Source: Bdellovibrionota bacterium | GTDB lineage: Bacteria > Bdellovibrionota_C > UBA2361 > JAAYZI01 | Length of the DNA stretch: 64,000 nucleotides | Assembly: GCA_050950765.1 (NCBI GenBank) | Contig: JBMNIF010000003.1 | Location: forward strand, 256,001-320,000 | Reading direction: 5' to 3' | Shown here: piece after piece, positions 20,394 through 31,342 of the stretch | How the letters are laid out: the number at the start of each line of letters is the position of its first letter | Numbering within the stretch: position 1 is the first letter of the stretch | Program-made: the position numbers and the translations under genes | Notes under the pieces: model-generated | Told to the model about the DNA's origin: nothing | Databases searched by the model: none | What the model saw: the letters and a program-made list of their open reading frames with translations, nothing else

Positions 20394-20628
20394 GTGCCAC
20401 CCACTAGGGACGGTTGAACGGGCTGCAACTGAAGACAGGACTAGCTAGATCTGGACGGGGGGAATTTACCACCACCCGCTAGGGACGTTCGAACGGGCTG
20501 CAACTGAAGACAAAACTAGCTAGATCTGGACGGGGGGAATTTACCACCACCCGCTAGGGACGTTCGAACAGGCTGCAATGGCAGAACAGATCAGCTAGAT
20601 CTAGACGGGGGTCAAAAGTGGGTGTCCT
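20394..20628 (+). repeat. Three tandem ~75-bp REP-like units, same family as 41456-42313
   Basis: CTAGGGACG at 20404/20479/20554 and AGCTAGATCT at 20443/20518/20593; ends with GGGTGTCCT; between convergent genes. Confidence 0.9.
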
Positions 20629-20655
20629 TTTTATGTTTTTAAGATCGGCAACAGG

Positions 20656-21006
20656 TTATAGGGAGCCGCTTACGCAAAATCTAATATCGGTTATCTTTTT
20701 TCCGTAATCATTAAATCGCTCCAAACGATTAAGGATAACCTGTTTTTGGAAGCTTAGTTCCTGTGCCCACGCTGAATTACAAACTCGAATAACTAAGGTC
20801 GAACCACGCAAGCACTCCGGCTTGGCACGTTTAGAGATCTCTTCACCGACGATCTCAGGCCACCTGACTACAAACTGATACCGCATAAAACCGTCTACAA
20901 GATTAAATTCCTGTAACGTACTGTGCAACGCACTATTGATTGAAATAAGGCGTTTATTGCTCCTTCTGGATTTATAGCCCTTTTTATCTTCAGAATCACT
21001 CACCAC
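20656..21006 (-). CDS. DUF721 / DciA-family protein
   Basis: WPEIVGEEISKRAKP..L...TLVIRV.NSAWAQELSF.KQVIL.RL signature; GTG start uncertain. Confidence 0.88.
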   Translation of the reverse strand: MVSDSEDKKGYKSRRSNKRLISINSALHSTLQEFNLVDGFMRYQFVVRWPEIVGEEISKRAKPECLRGSTLVIRVCNSAWAQELSFQKQVILNRLERFNDYGKKITDIRFCVSGSL

Positions 21007-21286
21007 GATCTTCTTTCTTCTCAAAAATAACTATGAACTCATCAGGTCTCGCCATACCTAGCTCATTTCTAGCAGCTTTTTCTAAAACCCGCCTATCTTC
21101 CTGCAACCCAGAAACCTTCCGTTTAAGGAGATTAACTTTATCAAGCAACTTGGCGTTCTCTTTTCTTTGCCACTCAAGACTGTGACGGAACTCTTCGACT
21201 TGGGAATAGCTATCTTTCCCACAAAATGAAAGAACCAAGATACAACATGTTAAAGCAAAAAAAATAGCAGAACCGTAGTATTTCAT
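20996..21286 (-). CDS. ftsB: Septum formation initiator (FtsB/DivIC family)
   Basis: N-terminal TM, coiled coil, LEKAARNELGMARPDE. Confidence 0.88.
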   Translation of the reverse strand: MKYYGSAIFFALTCCILVLSFCGKDSYSQVEEFRHSLEWQRKENAKLLDKVNLLKRKVSGLQEDRRVLEKAARNELGMARPDEFIVIFEKKEDRGE

Positions 21287-21564
21287 TAATCCTCTAAGAA
21301 CCAGCAGCAAGCAACAATGATATAGTGTATTATAGCAACGCTTTTCTGACAATTACATTTTACCTAATATTGAAAGAAAAATAAGAGATATACCTCTTAA
21401 ATTGTCTGACTTAAAAGTTTTCGACTTTAATTTTACCTCATTTCATTACTTACTTTTAATAACAGAACTCTAACGAGAAAAATATTTTAAACGGCGACAT
21501 CTAGACGAAGCCCCCTTTATCACGCTAATAATAAAGCTCAACTAAATCTAAAGAGGCTGCGATT

Positions 21565-23133
21565 ATGACAGATCAAATTCGTGCTTATATTTATGCCGTC
21601 CTTAGCGCCGTCTGTTTCGGTATAGGTTGGTGGTTTCCATCCACTACCCTTTGCACCATCTTTGGTTGGGCTGCACCCTTTTTCTTCATACTACTACTAT
21701 CTCATAACGATTCTCATAACGGCAAAAGTGCTATTTATCTTCCTGCCTATTGCAGCGGAATCCTTGCTAATCTTATAGGGTTTTATTGGCTGGTCGGCAC
21801 CATTAGAGACTTCGGGCAATATCCAACCCTCGCTGCCGTTTCTATTTTTTTATTGTATGCGCTGACAGCAGCTTTCCAATACCTGATCGTAATTTTTATT
21901 TATAAAAACACCCCTTCTATACTGGATAAACTTGCCCTACGTGGCACATTAGCTTGGGTAGTTACAGAGTTTATCTCCATAAGGATATTCCCTTGGTATT
22001 TAGGGCATATGCAGCTTGCCTTCAAGCCGTTAGCGCAGGTGGCAGAGCTAGGTGGTGCCATCCTCATCTCTTTCATCGTTTTCTGGTGTTGTGAAGCAGC
22101 CGTTAAGACCTCCTATAAAAGATCTTACACCCTACTACTTCCTCCTTTAACGTTAATTGCAGCGTGTATTTACGGTGAAAGCAGAATCGCCAAATTTTCA
22201 GAATATAACACACCGCAGCAAGAGGTAGCTGTTATACAAGCGAACATTACAGTAGAAGAAAAACATAACATTAGAGCTTTTGCGGAGAACACTAATATTT
22301 ATGTAGATCTGACCAAACAAGCAACAGAAGAAAAGGGGAAAGGGAATATTCTTGTCATTTGGCCTGAAACAGTGATTATGAATTTCATCTATAACCACTT
22401 AGATAATGCAAAAAAAGACATCCGCCTCCCCTACTACGAAGATGGCAACGCTATGCTTACTGGGTCACTAACCTTCGATCGAACCCCAAACGGCACAGTA
22501 CAACGTTTTAATAGCGCGTTGGCGATCTATCCTGACGGAACTATTCCACTACCGTACAATAAAAGAATTTTAATGCCTTTCGGTGAGTACATTCCATTTC
22601 TAAAAACGTTTCCTCAACTTGCTCAATTTAATCCAATGGCTGCCAACGCTTTTGATGCAGGCACAACTCCCAAAGTTTTTAACTATCCGATGGTTGATAA
22701 CAACGGGGATCCATATTCACTCAAAGTCACTCCGTTAATATGTTATGAAGAGATCTTGCCGTCCTTATCACGGGAATCAGTTCTAGCAGGAGCGGAGCTA
22801 CTAGTGACTCTTTCTAATGATGCTTGGTTTGGGAAAACATTAGCTCCCTTTCAACACCACCTGATAGCCTCTTTTAGAGCAATAGAAAATCGCAGATATC
22901 AGATACGATCTACTAATAGCGGACTTACTGCGGTAATTAATCCATTAGGTGAAACAATAGAAAAGCTTCCTATTTTTTCAAACGGCATTATTCGAACTAC
23001 CATTACCCCCCTTACAGAGATAACCGTTTATACTAAGTTAGGAGACACTCCCTACCTGATCTTGACACTATTACTCTTAAGTACCGTAGTGTGCTCTTTA
23101 TTTCGAAAACTAAGATCTCATCTTGTGCGATAG
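21565..23133 (+). CDS. lnt: Apolipoprotein N-acyltransferase
   Basis: FPW, IQANI, WPE, YNKRILMPFGEYIP, ICYE, SNDAWFG, RAIENRR. Confidence 0.96.
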   Translation: MTDQIRAYIYAVLSAVCFGIGWWFPSTTLCTIFGWAAPFFFILLLSHNDSHNGKSAIYLPAYCSGILANLIGFYWLVGTIRDFGQYPTLAAVSIFLLYALTAAFQYLIVIFIYKNTPSILDKLALRGTLAWVVTEFISIRIFPWYLGHMQLAFKPLAQVAELGGAILISFIVFWCCEAAVKTSYKRSYTLLLPPLTLIAACIYGESRIAKFSEYNTPQQEVAVIQANITVEEKHNIRAFAENTNIYVDLTKQATEEKGKGNILVIWPETVIMNFIYNHLDNAKKDIRLPYYEDGNAMLTGSLTFDRTPNGTVQRFNSALAIYPDGTIPLPYNKRILMPFGEYIPFLKTFPQLAQFNPMAANAFDAGTTPKVFNYPMVDNNGDPYSLKVTPLICYEEILPSLSRESVLAGAELLVTLSNDAWFGKTLAPFQHHLIASFRAIENRRYQIRSTNSGLTAVINPLGETIEKLPIFSNGIIRTTITPLTEITVYTKLGDTPYLILTLLLLSTVVCSLFRKLRSHLVR

Positions 23134-23258
23134 CGCTTTACTGCTGTACTCTTTTTGATGAAAAAGGGATTATTAAATCAAGGGCTGTATTTTTATTTAT
23201 TCCTTAATTTATACTTAGATTATCTCTTTTGGATTTTGGATAAAATTTTGGTAACGCG

Positions 23259-23963
23259 ATGAATACTATCAGCAAATTAAATATAGTTACACTCTGTTTT
23301 ACACTAATCGGAGCGTCCGCTTGCACTACCCCTCAAGCAGGACCGGATAAAACCGTAGGTGGCGCTGTGCTTGGCGCAGCATGGGGAGCAGGGAGTGGCG
23401 CTGTCGTCGGCAATCAGATCTCTGAGTATGCTCGTCCAGGAGAAGGCGCTGCCATCGGCGCAGGTTTTGGAATCGTAACAGGAGCTGCCGCAGGTTTAGG
23501 ATATGATCAAGTAGAAGACACTCAAATTGAACATGAGCAACAGCTAGCCGCCGTCAAGATCCAAAACATTACCAATCGACAAGAGATCGCTGATATTCAG
23601 AGGAGATTAGACATAGCGGCAAACAAAAAAACTTCTCTCGGTGTCTATCAAGTATTTTTTGATGAAGATGAAACTTCTATAAAATCTGGATCCGTAGCCA
23701 ATCTTGAGATTCTAGCGGAAGCGATTAAAGCTTCTCCTACCATGCGTGTAGTTAATGTTGTAGGGCATTCGGATGATTCTGGAGATATGGAGTATAATAA
23801 AAAAATAGCGGAAGCCAGAGCTAGATCTGTTAGCGCTTACTTAACCGCCCGTGGAGTTAGCGCCGATCAGATCCGTATTAAAAATTACGGCTCAGAACGT
23901 CCGTTAGCCTCCAACGCCACACCGGCAGGTCGCCAACTAAACCGTCGCGTTGATGTATACTAA
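23259..23963 (+). CDS. OmpA-family lipoprotein with glycine zipper
   Basis: Lipobox ASAC, Gly zipper, VGHSD...RARSV..YL...YGSERP...NRRV. Confidence 0.92.
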   Translation: MNTISKLNIVTLCFTLIGASACTTPQAGPDKTVGGAVLGAAWGAGSGAVVGNQISEYARPGEGAAIGAGFGIVTGAAAGLGYDQVEDTQIEHEQQLAAVKIQNITNRQEIADIQRRLDIAANKKTSLGVYQVFFDEDETSIKSGSVANLEILAEAIKASPTMRVVNVVGHSDDSGDMEYNKKIAEARARSVSAYLTARGVSADQIRIKNYGSERPLASNATPAGRQLNRRVDVY

Positions 23964-24114
23964 CTTTTAAAAAAGGCACTTAAGAGTAGAGAGAGCCAAT
24001 TAGACTAATCGATTTAACCCTCGCTTGATTACTTAAGAAATTTGATAAAACGAGCCTCTTATTTAAAATCAGAAGTTTAGTAAGACGTTATCAGCAGATC
24101 GGGAGGGTCTAACT

Positions 24115-26094
24115 TTGCAATATCGAAATATTTTGAACAATGCCACATATACTAAACTTATTTTGCTTATAGGTATTACTCTCTTACTGTTAACAGCAGA
24201 GCCTTTTTTATTTATTCAAGTTGCACCAGGATTAGATAACTCATGGCGATACGCCCTTAATTATGCAGTTTCCACTCTAAAGTTTGGATCTGACATTGCT
24301 TTTACATTTGGTCCACTTGGCTTTGTCTTAGAACCGCTTAATCTTAATCCAAGCATCACCACCATTCGTTTCCCTGTATATCTATCTTATATCACTCTTT
24401 TTGCATTCGCTCTATTTCGTGCCTATCGCTTAGGCGCTCGCTGGAGTCTTTTTGCCCCCACTTTTTTAATTTGGCTAGGGTTTTATGATAGTAGTTACTA
24501 CCTTGAATTTTTATTCCTACTCTTCATCACCCTCTGTCTCATTGAAAAGGGGAAGATTCGCGATTTTGAATATACGATCGCCTGCACAATTATGATTTTC
24601 TCCGGATTCGTAAAATTCAGTATGTTTGTACCTGAAACTTTCACACTACTAATTTTTCTTTTAATTATCTACTTTACAGAAAGAACCGAACTAAAGAAAT
24701 ATCTTCTTATAACTACTTTGACACCCCTTGTCTTTATTGCGTGTTATTTACTATACAATCCCTCCATTACCGACCTCGTTCAATATATTAAAGCAGCTAT
24801 TGAGATATCTGATGGATACAACACAGGGATGAGTCTTACAGCTTCGGGAGCGACTCTATTATTCCCGATAACAATGCTAACTCTCTATATCATTCTTCTA
24901 ATATCGGAATGGTTTATAGATAAAACACTCGCCTTTCAATCAATACTATTTATTCCTGCAACTTTTTTTGCATTTAAACACGGTTTTGTGCGTGCAGATA
25001 ATACACACCTAAGAAGATTTCTTGAGTATATGATAATATTTTCAAGCATCAAGCTTCTTTACGCCCCACTTATCCCTTCCATATCAAAAAATCACTCCAC
25101 CTCTAAAACACCCTCCCAAGCAAAATATAAATTATTTTCATATCTATCGATTCTGTTTTTCACTTTATGTTGCGCTTGCTACTGCACGAGACCACAACAC
25201 AGAGCATATCTGATTGATAGAATAAAGGAGATCAGGTTTGTACCAACTGCCACTCCACTCAAGCCCTTTGCAGAGAGTAGTATAGATACGTTGCCTGAAC
25301 CTTTTCTTAAAGAAATTGGGGATAATACAGTCGCAGTCTATCCTTGGGAGCAATTATTTGGCGCTTATAATGATATTAATTTAACCATAATGCCTGTAAT
25401 ACAAGCTTATAGCGCATACACACCGTACCTAGATAAACTTGACGCAGATTTCTTTACTAATGAAACAACTGCACCACAGTACATTATTTTTTCACTCAAT
25501 GCGATTGACGGAAGGATATCTTTAATGGAATGTCCTGCTACATGGTTAGCAATTTACAAAAATTATAACGCCATCATACTTGCTGAAAGGTACCTCCTTT
25601 TAAAACGAACAGAGGAATCATCAAAAGAATCTCCTGATAATACTATTATAGAGATACCGTTATATCAAAATGACGATAGACTAAATCAAATAGAAACACA
25701 TCAACACCTCTCCATTAAAGTACCACCTTATCCATCAGATAGAGAATTGTTATTTTTTGCAGATTTTAAGTTGACCACACTTGGAAAGGCTATGAAGTTC
25801 CTCTACAAGATTCCATCTGTAAATCTTACAATTTCATTTGATGATGGAACAGAACTTTCCGGCAGGGTTATTTTGGAAAACCTTCAATCAGGGCACCTTC
25901 TTTCTTCAAATTGCCAAGACAGCTCCAGATGCGCTGCTTATACCAACGGGAATAGCGGAAAGATTCCAATAAAAATGCGTTTTGAAGGTTCAGGACTGAA
26001 GTTTTACCGAAATATTTCATACTCTTTTGCATCAATGCCACGAAAGGTTGTAAACAAGGAAAACACTCTTCGATTATCTAAAATCGCAAACTAA
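24115..26094 (+). CDS. Polytopic membrane protein of unknown function (possibly GT-C-like) with soluble C-terminal domain
   Basis: GLDNSW...FG.D..FTFGPLG motif, about 11 hydrophobic segments, FKHGFVRAD, PVIQAYSAYT..LD. Confidence 0.7.
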   Translation: MQYRNILNNATYTKLILLIGITLLLLTAEPFLFIQVAPGLDNSWRYALNYAVSTLKFGSDIAFTFGPLGFVLEPLNLNPSITTIRFPVYLSYITLFAFALFRAYRLGARWSLFAPTFLIWLGFYDSSYYLEFLFLLFITLCLIEKGKIRDFEYTIACTIMIFSGFVKFSMFVPETFTLLIFLLIIYFTERTELKKYLLITTLTPLVFIACYLLYNPSITDLVQYIKAAIEISDGYNTGMSLTASGATLLFPITMLTLYIILLISEWFIDKTLAFQSILFIPATFFAFKHGFVRADNTHLRRFLEYMIIFSSIKLLYAPLIPSISKNHSTSKTPSQAKYKLFSYLSILFFTLCCACYCTRPQHRAYLIDRIKEIRFVPTATPLKPFAESSIDTLPEPFLKEIGDNTVAVYPWEQLFGAYNDINLTIMPVIQAYSAYTPYLDKLDADFFTNETTAPQYIIFSLNAIDGRISLMECPATWLAIYKNYNAIILAERYLLLKRTEESSKESPDNTIIEIPLYQNDDRLNQIETHQHLSIKVPPYPSDRELLFFADFKLTTLGKAMKFLYKIPSVNLTISFDDGTELSGRVILENLQSGHLLSSNCQDSSRCAAYTNGNSGKIPIKMRFEGSGLKFYRNISYSFASMPRKVVNKENTLRLSKIAN

Positions 26095-26167
26095 GAACGG
26101 ACACAGTACGGCACTTTAGCATAAGAATAGTGATAAAAAACATACGGCAACTTGAATATGAAAATTT

Positions 26168-26608
26168 TTAAATATTTTTTGCCTTTAAGATATCGCGAAT
26201 TTCTGTCAGCAAAAGTTCTTCTTTAGTTGGCGCTTCTGTCACGGCAGGTGTACTATCAACTGCCAGATCTGTTTTTTCCGTAAGACGCAACTTGCGGAGA
26301 GCATTCATGCCTTTTATCACTGCAAAGATCGCTGCTGCTACAATCAGGAAATCAATGGTTGTCTGTATAAAGTTCCCATAATTGATAGAAACCGCAGGAG
26401 CTGTCTCTGTCGCTTCAAGCAAAACAATTTTTAGATCCTTAAAATCCACACCACCTATAAGAATGCCAAGTGGCGGGGTAATAACATCATTAACAAGGGA
26501 GGTAACAATTTTACCAAAGGCAGCACCGATAATAATACCGATAGCCATATCAACAACGTTCCCCTTCAATGCAAATTCTCGAAATTCTTTTAATATACTC
26601 ATTTTCAT
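26168..26608 (-). CDS. mscL: Large-conductance mechanosensitive channel
   Basis: [39 protein letters not shown]. Confidence 0.98.
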   Translation of the reverse strand: MKMSILKEFREFALKGNVVDMAIGIIIGAAFGKIVTSLVNDVITPPLGILIGGVDFKDLKIVLLEATETAPAVSINYGNFIQTTIDFLIVAAAIFAVIKGMNALRKLRLTEKTDLAVDSTPAVTEAPTKEELLLTEIRDILKAKNI

Positions 26609-26840
26609 CTGATACCTCTCTTAATAGGTATTTATTTTATAGAAACGCTTTAAAAGCACACCATAGCGCCACAGATACTACAATCTATCCTCTAACTTCA
26701 ATATTATAATTGATAGGCAACTTTTTATAACTGCCCTACTGCATAGATATATAAAAAAGGTGTTATTTTTGTCGCTCTTAAGGTAAAAGAGCATATGGCG
26801 GTTTTTAATTTTCATTTTCACTCTTAATGGAGGTGCTCTT

Positions 26841-28511
26841 ATGAAAAAAACTTGGTGGAAAGAAGGCGTTGTTTATCAGATATATCCACGTAGTTTCTTA
26901 GATACAAACGGAGACGGTATCGGAGACTTGCAGGGTATTATACAAAAACTTGACTATATTAAAGAATTAGGCGCTACCATTATCTGGATCTGCCCCGTCT
27001 TCGAATCCCCCAACTATGATAACGGTTATGATATCAGTGATTATAAAAAGATCATGCCGGAGTTTGGCACTATGCAAGATTTTGATCTACTCCTCTCGGA
27101 AGCTCATAAAAGAGGGTTAAGGCTTATCATTGATATGGTTGTAAACCATACCTCTTCACAACACCCATGGTTCTTAGAAAGTAAGAAAAGCACTGACAAT
27201 CCATATCGTGAATATTATATCTGGAGAGAAGGTAAAGACGGCTCACCACCAAATAATTGGGGCGCTTGCTTCGGAGGCAGCACTTGGGAAAAAGATGAAA
27301 CAACCGATTCTTACTATTTTCATTTCTTTTTACCACAACAACCTGATTTAAATTGGGACAACCCAGCCGTCAGAAAAGATATTTATGACATTATGAAGTG
27401 GTGGCTAGATAAAGGTGTGGACGGCTTTCGAATGGATGCTATTACGTATATCTCAAAATGTCCCACCATGCCGGATGGTGAAATAACAGAATCAGGTTAC
27501 GGCTACCCTAGACCTTTCGTGGCTAACGGTCCACATCTGCACGAATACTTAAAAGAGATGAACCGTACTGTGCTCTCGCACTATGACATCATGACCGTTG
27601 GAGAGACATCCGAATCAGGCATCGAAGATGCAAAACTCTTTGCCGGAGAAGATAGTAATGAGTTTAATATGATTTTGCACTTCGAACATATCTGTCTTGA
27701 CGGTGGAGACACATTTAAATGGACAAAACGCAAAATTGACCTGATAGAGATGAAAGATCTCTTTACTAAATGGCAAAACGGCATCGCAGGCAAAGCTTGG
27801 ATCGGATTGTATTGGAATAATCACGATCAACCACGCGCTCTAGCTAGACTTGGAGACGAAGGTACTTTTAGGGAAAAATCAGCTAAAATGATCGCCACTA
27901 ACACGCAACTTATGCAAGGCACCCCCTTTATCTATCAAGGAGAAGAGCTCGGCATGACTAACGCTACCTTTAATGACGTTAGTGAGTTGCGTGATCCGGA
28001 AAGTATTAATGCTTACCACAAGTACACACAATCAGGTCTCTATTCCACTCAAGAGATGCTTGAGATATTAAGCTTACGTGGTCGTGACAACGCTCGCACC
28101 CCGATGCAGTGGGATACTACACAGTACGCAGGTTTTTCAAACACGGAACCGTGGATTAAGGTTAATCAGAACTATAAAGAGATAAATGCTGCCGAACAGA
28201 TCTCACGAAAAGATTCTGTATTTAACTATTACAAACAACTTAATTCGCTACGTAAACACCATCAAGTTATCGTGTACGGCTCTTATGAGTTGCTGGATAG
28301 GGATAACCCCCAAGTTTATGCCTATACTAGAGAGCTTGATGGAGAAAAGATCTTGGTCGTTTGCAACTTTACGTCACGCACAGCTTTTTCTGAAATACCG
28401 TTAGAATTTAAAACAGAAAACTGCACTATCCTGATCGGTAACGACCCTGATAGTAAATACTTAGAGACGGCTGAATTATCCCCTTATGAAGCCATAGTTT
28501 TATTACGTTAA
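26841..28511 (+). CDS. malL: GH13 oligo-1,6-/alpha-glucosidase
   Basis: WWKEGVVYQIYPRSF, VVNHTS, QPDLNW, GFRMDAI, VGE, NHDQPR; strong GGAGG RBS. Confidence 0.93.
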   Translation: MKKTWWKEGVVYQIYPRSFLDTNGDGIGDLQGIIQKLDYIKELGATIIWICPVFESPNYDNGYDISDYKKIMPEFGTMQDFDLLLSEAHKRGLRLIIDMVVNHTSSQHPWFLESKKSTDNPYREYYIWREGKDGSPPNNWGACFGGSTWEKDETTDSYYFHFFLPQQPDLNWDNPAVRKDIYDIMKWWLDKGVDGFRMDAITYISKCPTMPDGEITESGYGYPRPFVANGPHLHEYLKEMNRTVLSHYDIMTVGETSESGIEDAKLFAGEDSNEFNMILHFEHICLDGGDTFKWTKRKIDLIEMKDLFTKWQNGIAGKAWIGLYWNNHDQPRALARLGDEGTFREKSAKMIATNTQLMQGTPFIYQGEELGMTNATFNDVSELRDPESINAYHKYTQSGLYSTQEMLEILSLRGRDNARTPMQWDTTQYAGFSNTEPWIKVNQNYKEINAAEQISRKDSVFNYYKQLNSLRKHHQVIVYGSYELLDRDNPQVYAYTRELDGEKILVVCNFTSRTAFSEIPLEFKTENCTILIGNDPDSKYLETAELSPYEAIVLLR

Positions 28512-28556
28512 AGGCACCTATTTTAACACTATTCAGCCTAAAGGTGGCAAATTATC

Positions 28557-28587
28557 GTGAGGAAGAGGGCAATATCTTCTTCCTCAC
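28557..28587. terminator. Hairpin after the GH13 gene
   Basis: GTGAGGAAGA...TCTTCCTCAC inverted repeat; no clear U-tract. Confidence 0.45.
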
Positions 28588-28736
28588 AACAACCCCCTCA
28601 AACCTTTACTTAATTAAATTTATAACAAAAATCGACAAGTTCTTTCCTTCATTACGATAAATCAATTCATCTTTCTTTTTTTTCTTGTTAAGTAAAATAG
28701 TAAAAGTTGCCGATAACGCAAACAACTGGAGTGTCA

Positions 28737-29936
28737 ATGGCAAAAGGATTGTTAAAAAAAAACAAACAGGAAAAAGTTATAGAGAAAGGAGATCCTTTTA
28801 TAGGGAAACTCTTTAACGATCGTTATGAGATCGTAAGAAAGGTTGGAAAAGGATCTTATGGAGCAGTTTATGCCTGTCGCGATTATTATCTTGGCAACAG
28901 TATCGTTGCCCTAAAAATCTTACATCCGAAAGTTTTACGTTATGCTAACGCCGCCAAGCGTTTAGCACAAGAAATTCAAGCTGCCAACAGAATTGATCAT
29001 GAAAACATCGTGCGTTTTTACGATTTTTTTAGATGTAACGATCTATGTGCCATTACAATGGAGTTTATTAACGGGCCTTCTTTACGTAACTACATCGAAG
29101 AAAATGCACCGTTTGATTATACCTTTATAACAGAAGTTCTACGTCAAATCTGCACAGGGCTACAAGCTATCCATAATCACGATATAATTCACCGTGATAT
29201 GAAGCCTGATAATATTCTACTGGCAGATGGTTGGAATGCTAAGATCACAGATTTCGGTATCGCATATTTAATTGATGGCAATGATGAATACTCTTCAATG
29301 AAGGCGGATAATCAAAACTCAACAGGAACGGGAACAGGAGGAACAAAAAAGAAGCAGCTAGTTGGAACTATGCGTTACATTAGCCCAGAATCAATCGAGT
29401 TTGGACAATATGATAAACGCTCAGATATCTACGCTGTCGGAGTTATTCTATATGAAATGTTGATAGGAAAATACTTTTTCACCTATAAAAACGCTTCAGA
29501 ATTGATGAATATCAAGATAAAATTTGACCCAGACTCTCCCGCTACCATCCGTCGAGACTGTCCTTTAATGATGGAAAAGATCTGCGTTAAGGCTCTACAA
29601 CGGAACCCCGAGAACCGTTATCAATCTACAGAAGAAATTTTAGAAGATATCCGCATCTTGCGCTCTGAACTATCTGGTGCTGACTTTGATCCTACTAATG
29701 CTCTCTTTGTAGTGCCGGAACAGAACCTGCTACCACCTCCCCAAAGAGATCCCTTAAAGAAATTAAAAATAGCTTTTATCTTCCTTGCTATCGCGGCTAT
29801 GGTTGGCTGCTGTTATCTGTTGTTTGTTGAATTTAAATCTCTAGAGACCCCACCCACTTCAGTTATAGAGACCTCAAATGAAGATCTCCCAAAGGACGAC
29901 TCCCCGATCAAGATAACCGTCGGTAAAAAATCTTAA
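28737..29936 (+). CDS. Hanks-type Ser/Thr protein kinase with C-terminal TM anchor
   Basis: GKGSYGAV, VALK, HRDMKPDN, DFG, GTMRYISPE, DIYAVG; TM helix near the C-terminus. Confidence 0.95.
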   Translation: MAKGLLKKNKQEKVIEKGDPFIGKLFNDRYEIVRKVGKGSYGAVYACRDYYLGNSIVALKILHPKVLRYANAAKRLAQEIQAANRIDHENIVRFYDFFRCNDLCAITMEFINGPSLRNYIEENAPFDYTFITEVLRQICTGLQAIHNHDIIHRDMKPDNILLADGWNAKITDFGIAYLIDGNDEYSSMKADNQNSTGTGTGGTKKKQLVGTMRYISPESIEFGQYDKRSDIYAVGVILYEMLIGKYFFTYKNASELMNIKIKFDPDSPATIRRDCPLMMEKICVKALQRNPENRYQSTEEILEDIRILRSELSGADFDPTNALFVVPEQNLLPPPQRDPLKKLKIAFIFLAIAAMVGCCYLLFVEFKSLETPPTSVIETSNEDLPKDDSPIKITVGKKS

Positions 29937-31324
29937 AAGAATTCATCTTCTATACGTGCAATCGAGACCCCTTCAGCGATAAGATCCGGATCAGCTCGCT
30001 GTTCTTCCAAATTGTCAAAACGGGTAATCTCTGGGCTAAAGGCTAGTCTAGCAGTTCCGATCGGTCCATTACGATGTTTCGCTATGATAATTTCAGCAAC
30101 ACCCTTATCTTCTGAAGTTTCTTTATTGTAAACCTCATCACGATAAATAAACATGATAATATCAGCATCCTGCTCAATAGCGCCTGACTCACGCAACTCT
30201 GACATCATGGGGCGTTTGTCGGTACGACTTTCAACAGAACGGTTAAGTTGCGCTAATGCTAAGATCGGAATATTCAACTCCTTTGCTAACGCCTTTAACG
30301 ATCGCGAAATATCAGCAATCTCCTGTTCTCTATTCTGTTTATAAGTAGGACTCCGCATAAGCTGCAAGTAATCAACTACTATTACGGAAAGCTTTGTATC
30401 TTTATGTAGACGCCTCGCCTTGGCTCTAAGTTCAGTTACGGTTATGGCCGGTGTATCATCAATAAAGATCGGTGCTTCTGCAATCTTACTGGCGGCATCG
30501 ACTAAACGTGGGAAATCACGTTCCCCTAAATTACCGGTACGAACTTTTGAATTATCAACTCGTGCTTCAGAACAGAGCATCCTTAAAACAAGTTGCTCTT
30601 TTGACATTTCAAGAGAAAAGAGTGCCACAGGAGCACGCTCATAAATCCCTATCCACTGTGCGATCGATAACGCTAAAGATGTTTTTCCCATAGCTGGACG
30701 CGCAGCAAGGATAATCAGATCCGAAGGTTGCAAACCTGCTAACATCTTATCCAATTCATGAAATCCCGTCGGAACGCCTGTAATAGGCTCCTTTTTGTCG
30801 TACATTTTTTCTACGACCTTGATGGAATCTTGAACTATATCACCAACGCGGTGAAATGAAGCATGAATCCTATCATCAGAAACGCCTAAAATTTTCTGTT
30901 CCGCATGGTCAAGAAAATCATCAATACCTTCATCTACTTCAAAAGCTTTATTAATGATCTCTGTTGATTCATGAATAACTCGTCGCCTAAGCGACATATC
31001 TCGCACCATCTTGGCGTAATAACCAACATTAGCTGCGTTCGGAACGGCAGCAGCTAAACGCGCAATATTATCCATCCCACCGGACTCTTCAAGGGAACCG
31101 CGCATGCGCAATTCCTGCCCTAAGGTCAAGACATCTATCGGCTCACGACGATCCGACAACGCCTCCATAGCGCTAAAGATCTCGACATTGGCTGCTCTAT
31201 AAAAATCTTCAGAACGGAGCCTTTCCTGAACTACATTTATAGCATCATTATCTAAAAGGATACCTCCGATAACAGCTTCTTCAGCCTCAATAGAATGTGG
31301 GATAACACGCCCTGTCGCCGCCAC
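29933..31324 (-). CDS. dnaB: Replicative DNA helicase
   Basis: PHSIEAE, AARPAMGKT, DYLQL, QLNR, LRESGAIEQDAD, KHRNG. Confidence 0.98.
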   Translation of the reverse strand: MAATGRVIPHSIEAEEAVIGGILLDNDAINVVQERLRSEDFYRAANVEIFSAMEALSDRREPIDVLTLGQELRMRGSLEESGGMDNIARLAAAVPNAANVGYYAKMVRDMSLRRRVIHESTEIINKAFEVDEGIDDFLDHAEQKILGVSDDRIHASFHRVGDIVQDSIKVVEKMYDKKEPITGVPTGFHELDKMLAGLQPSDLIILAARPAMGKTSLALSIAQWIGIYERAPVALFSLEMSKEQLVLRMLCSEARVDNSKVRTGNLGERDFPRLVDAASKIAEAPIFIDDTPAITVTELRAKARRLHKDTKLSVIVVDYLQLMRSPTYKQNREQEIADISRSLKALAKELNIPILALAQLNRSVESRTDKRPMMSELRESGAIEQDADIIMFIYRDEVYNKETSEDKGVAEIIIAKHRNGPIGTARLAFSPEITRFDNLEEQRADPDLIAEGVSIARIEDEFF

Positions 31325-31342
31325 TACTAAATCCTTATAAAA

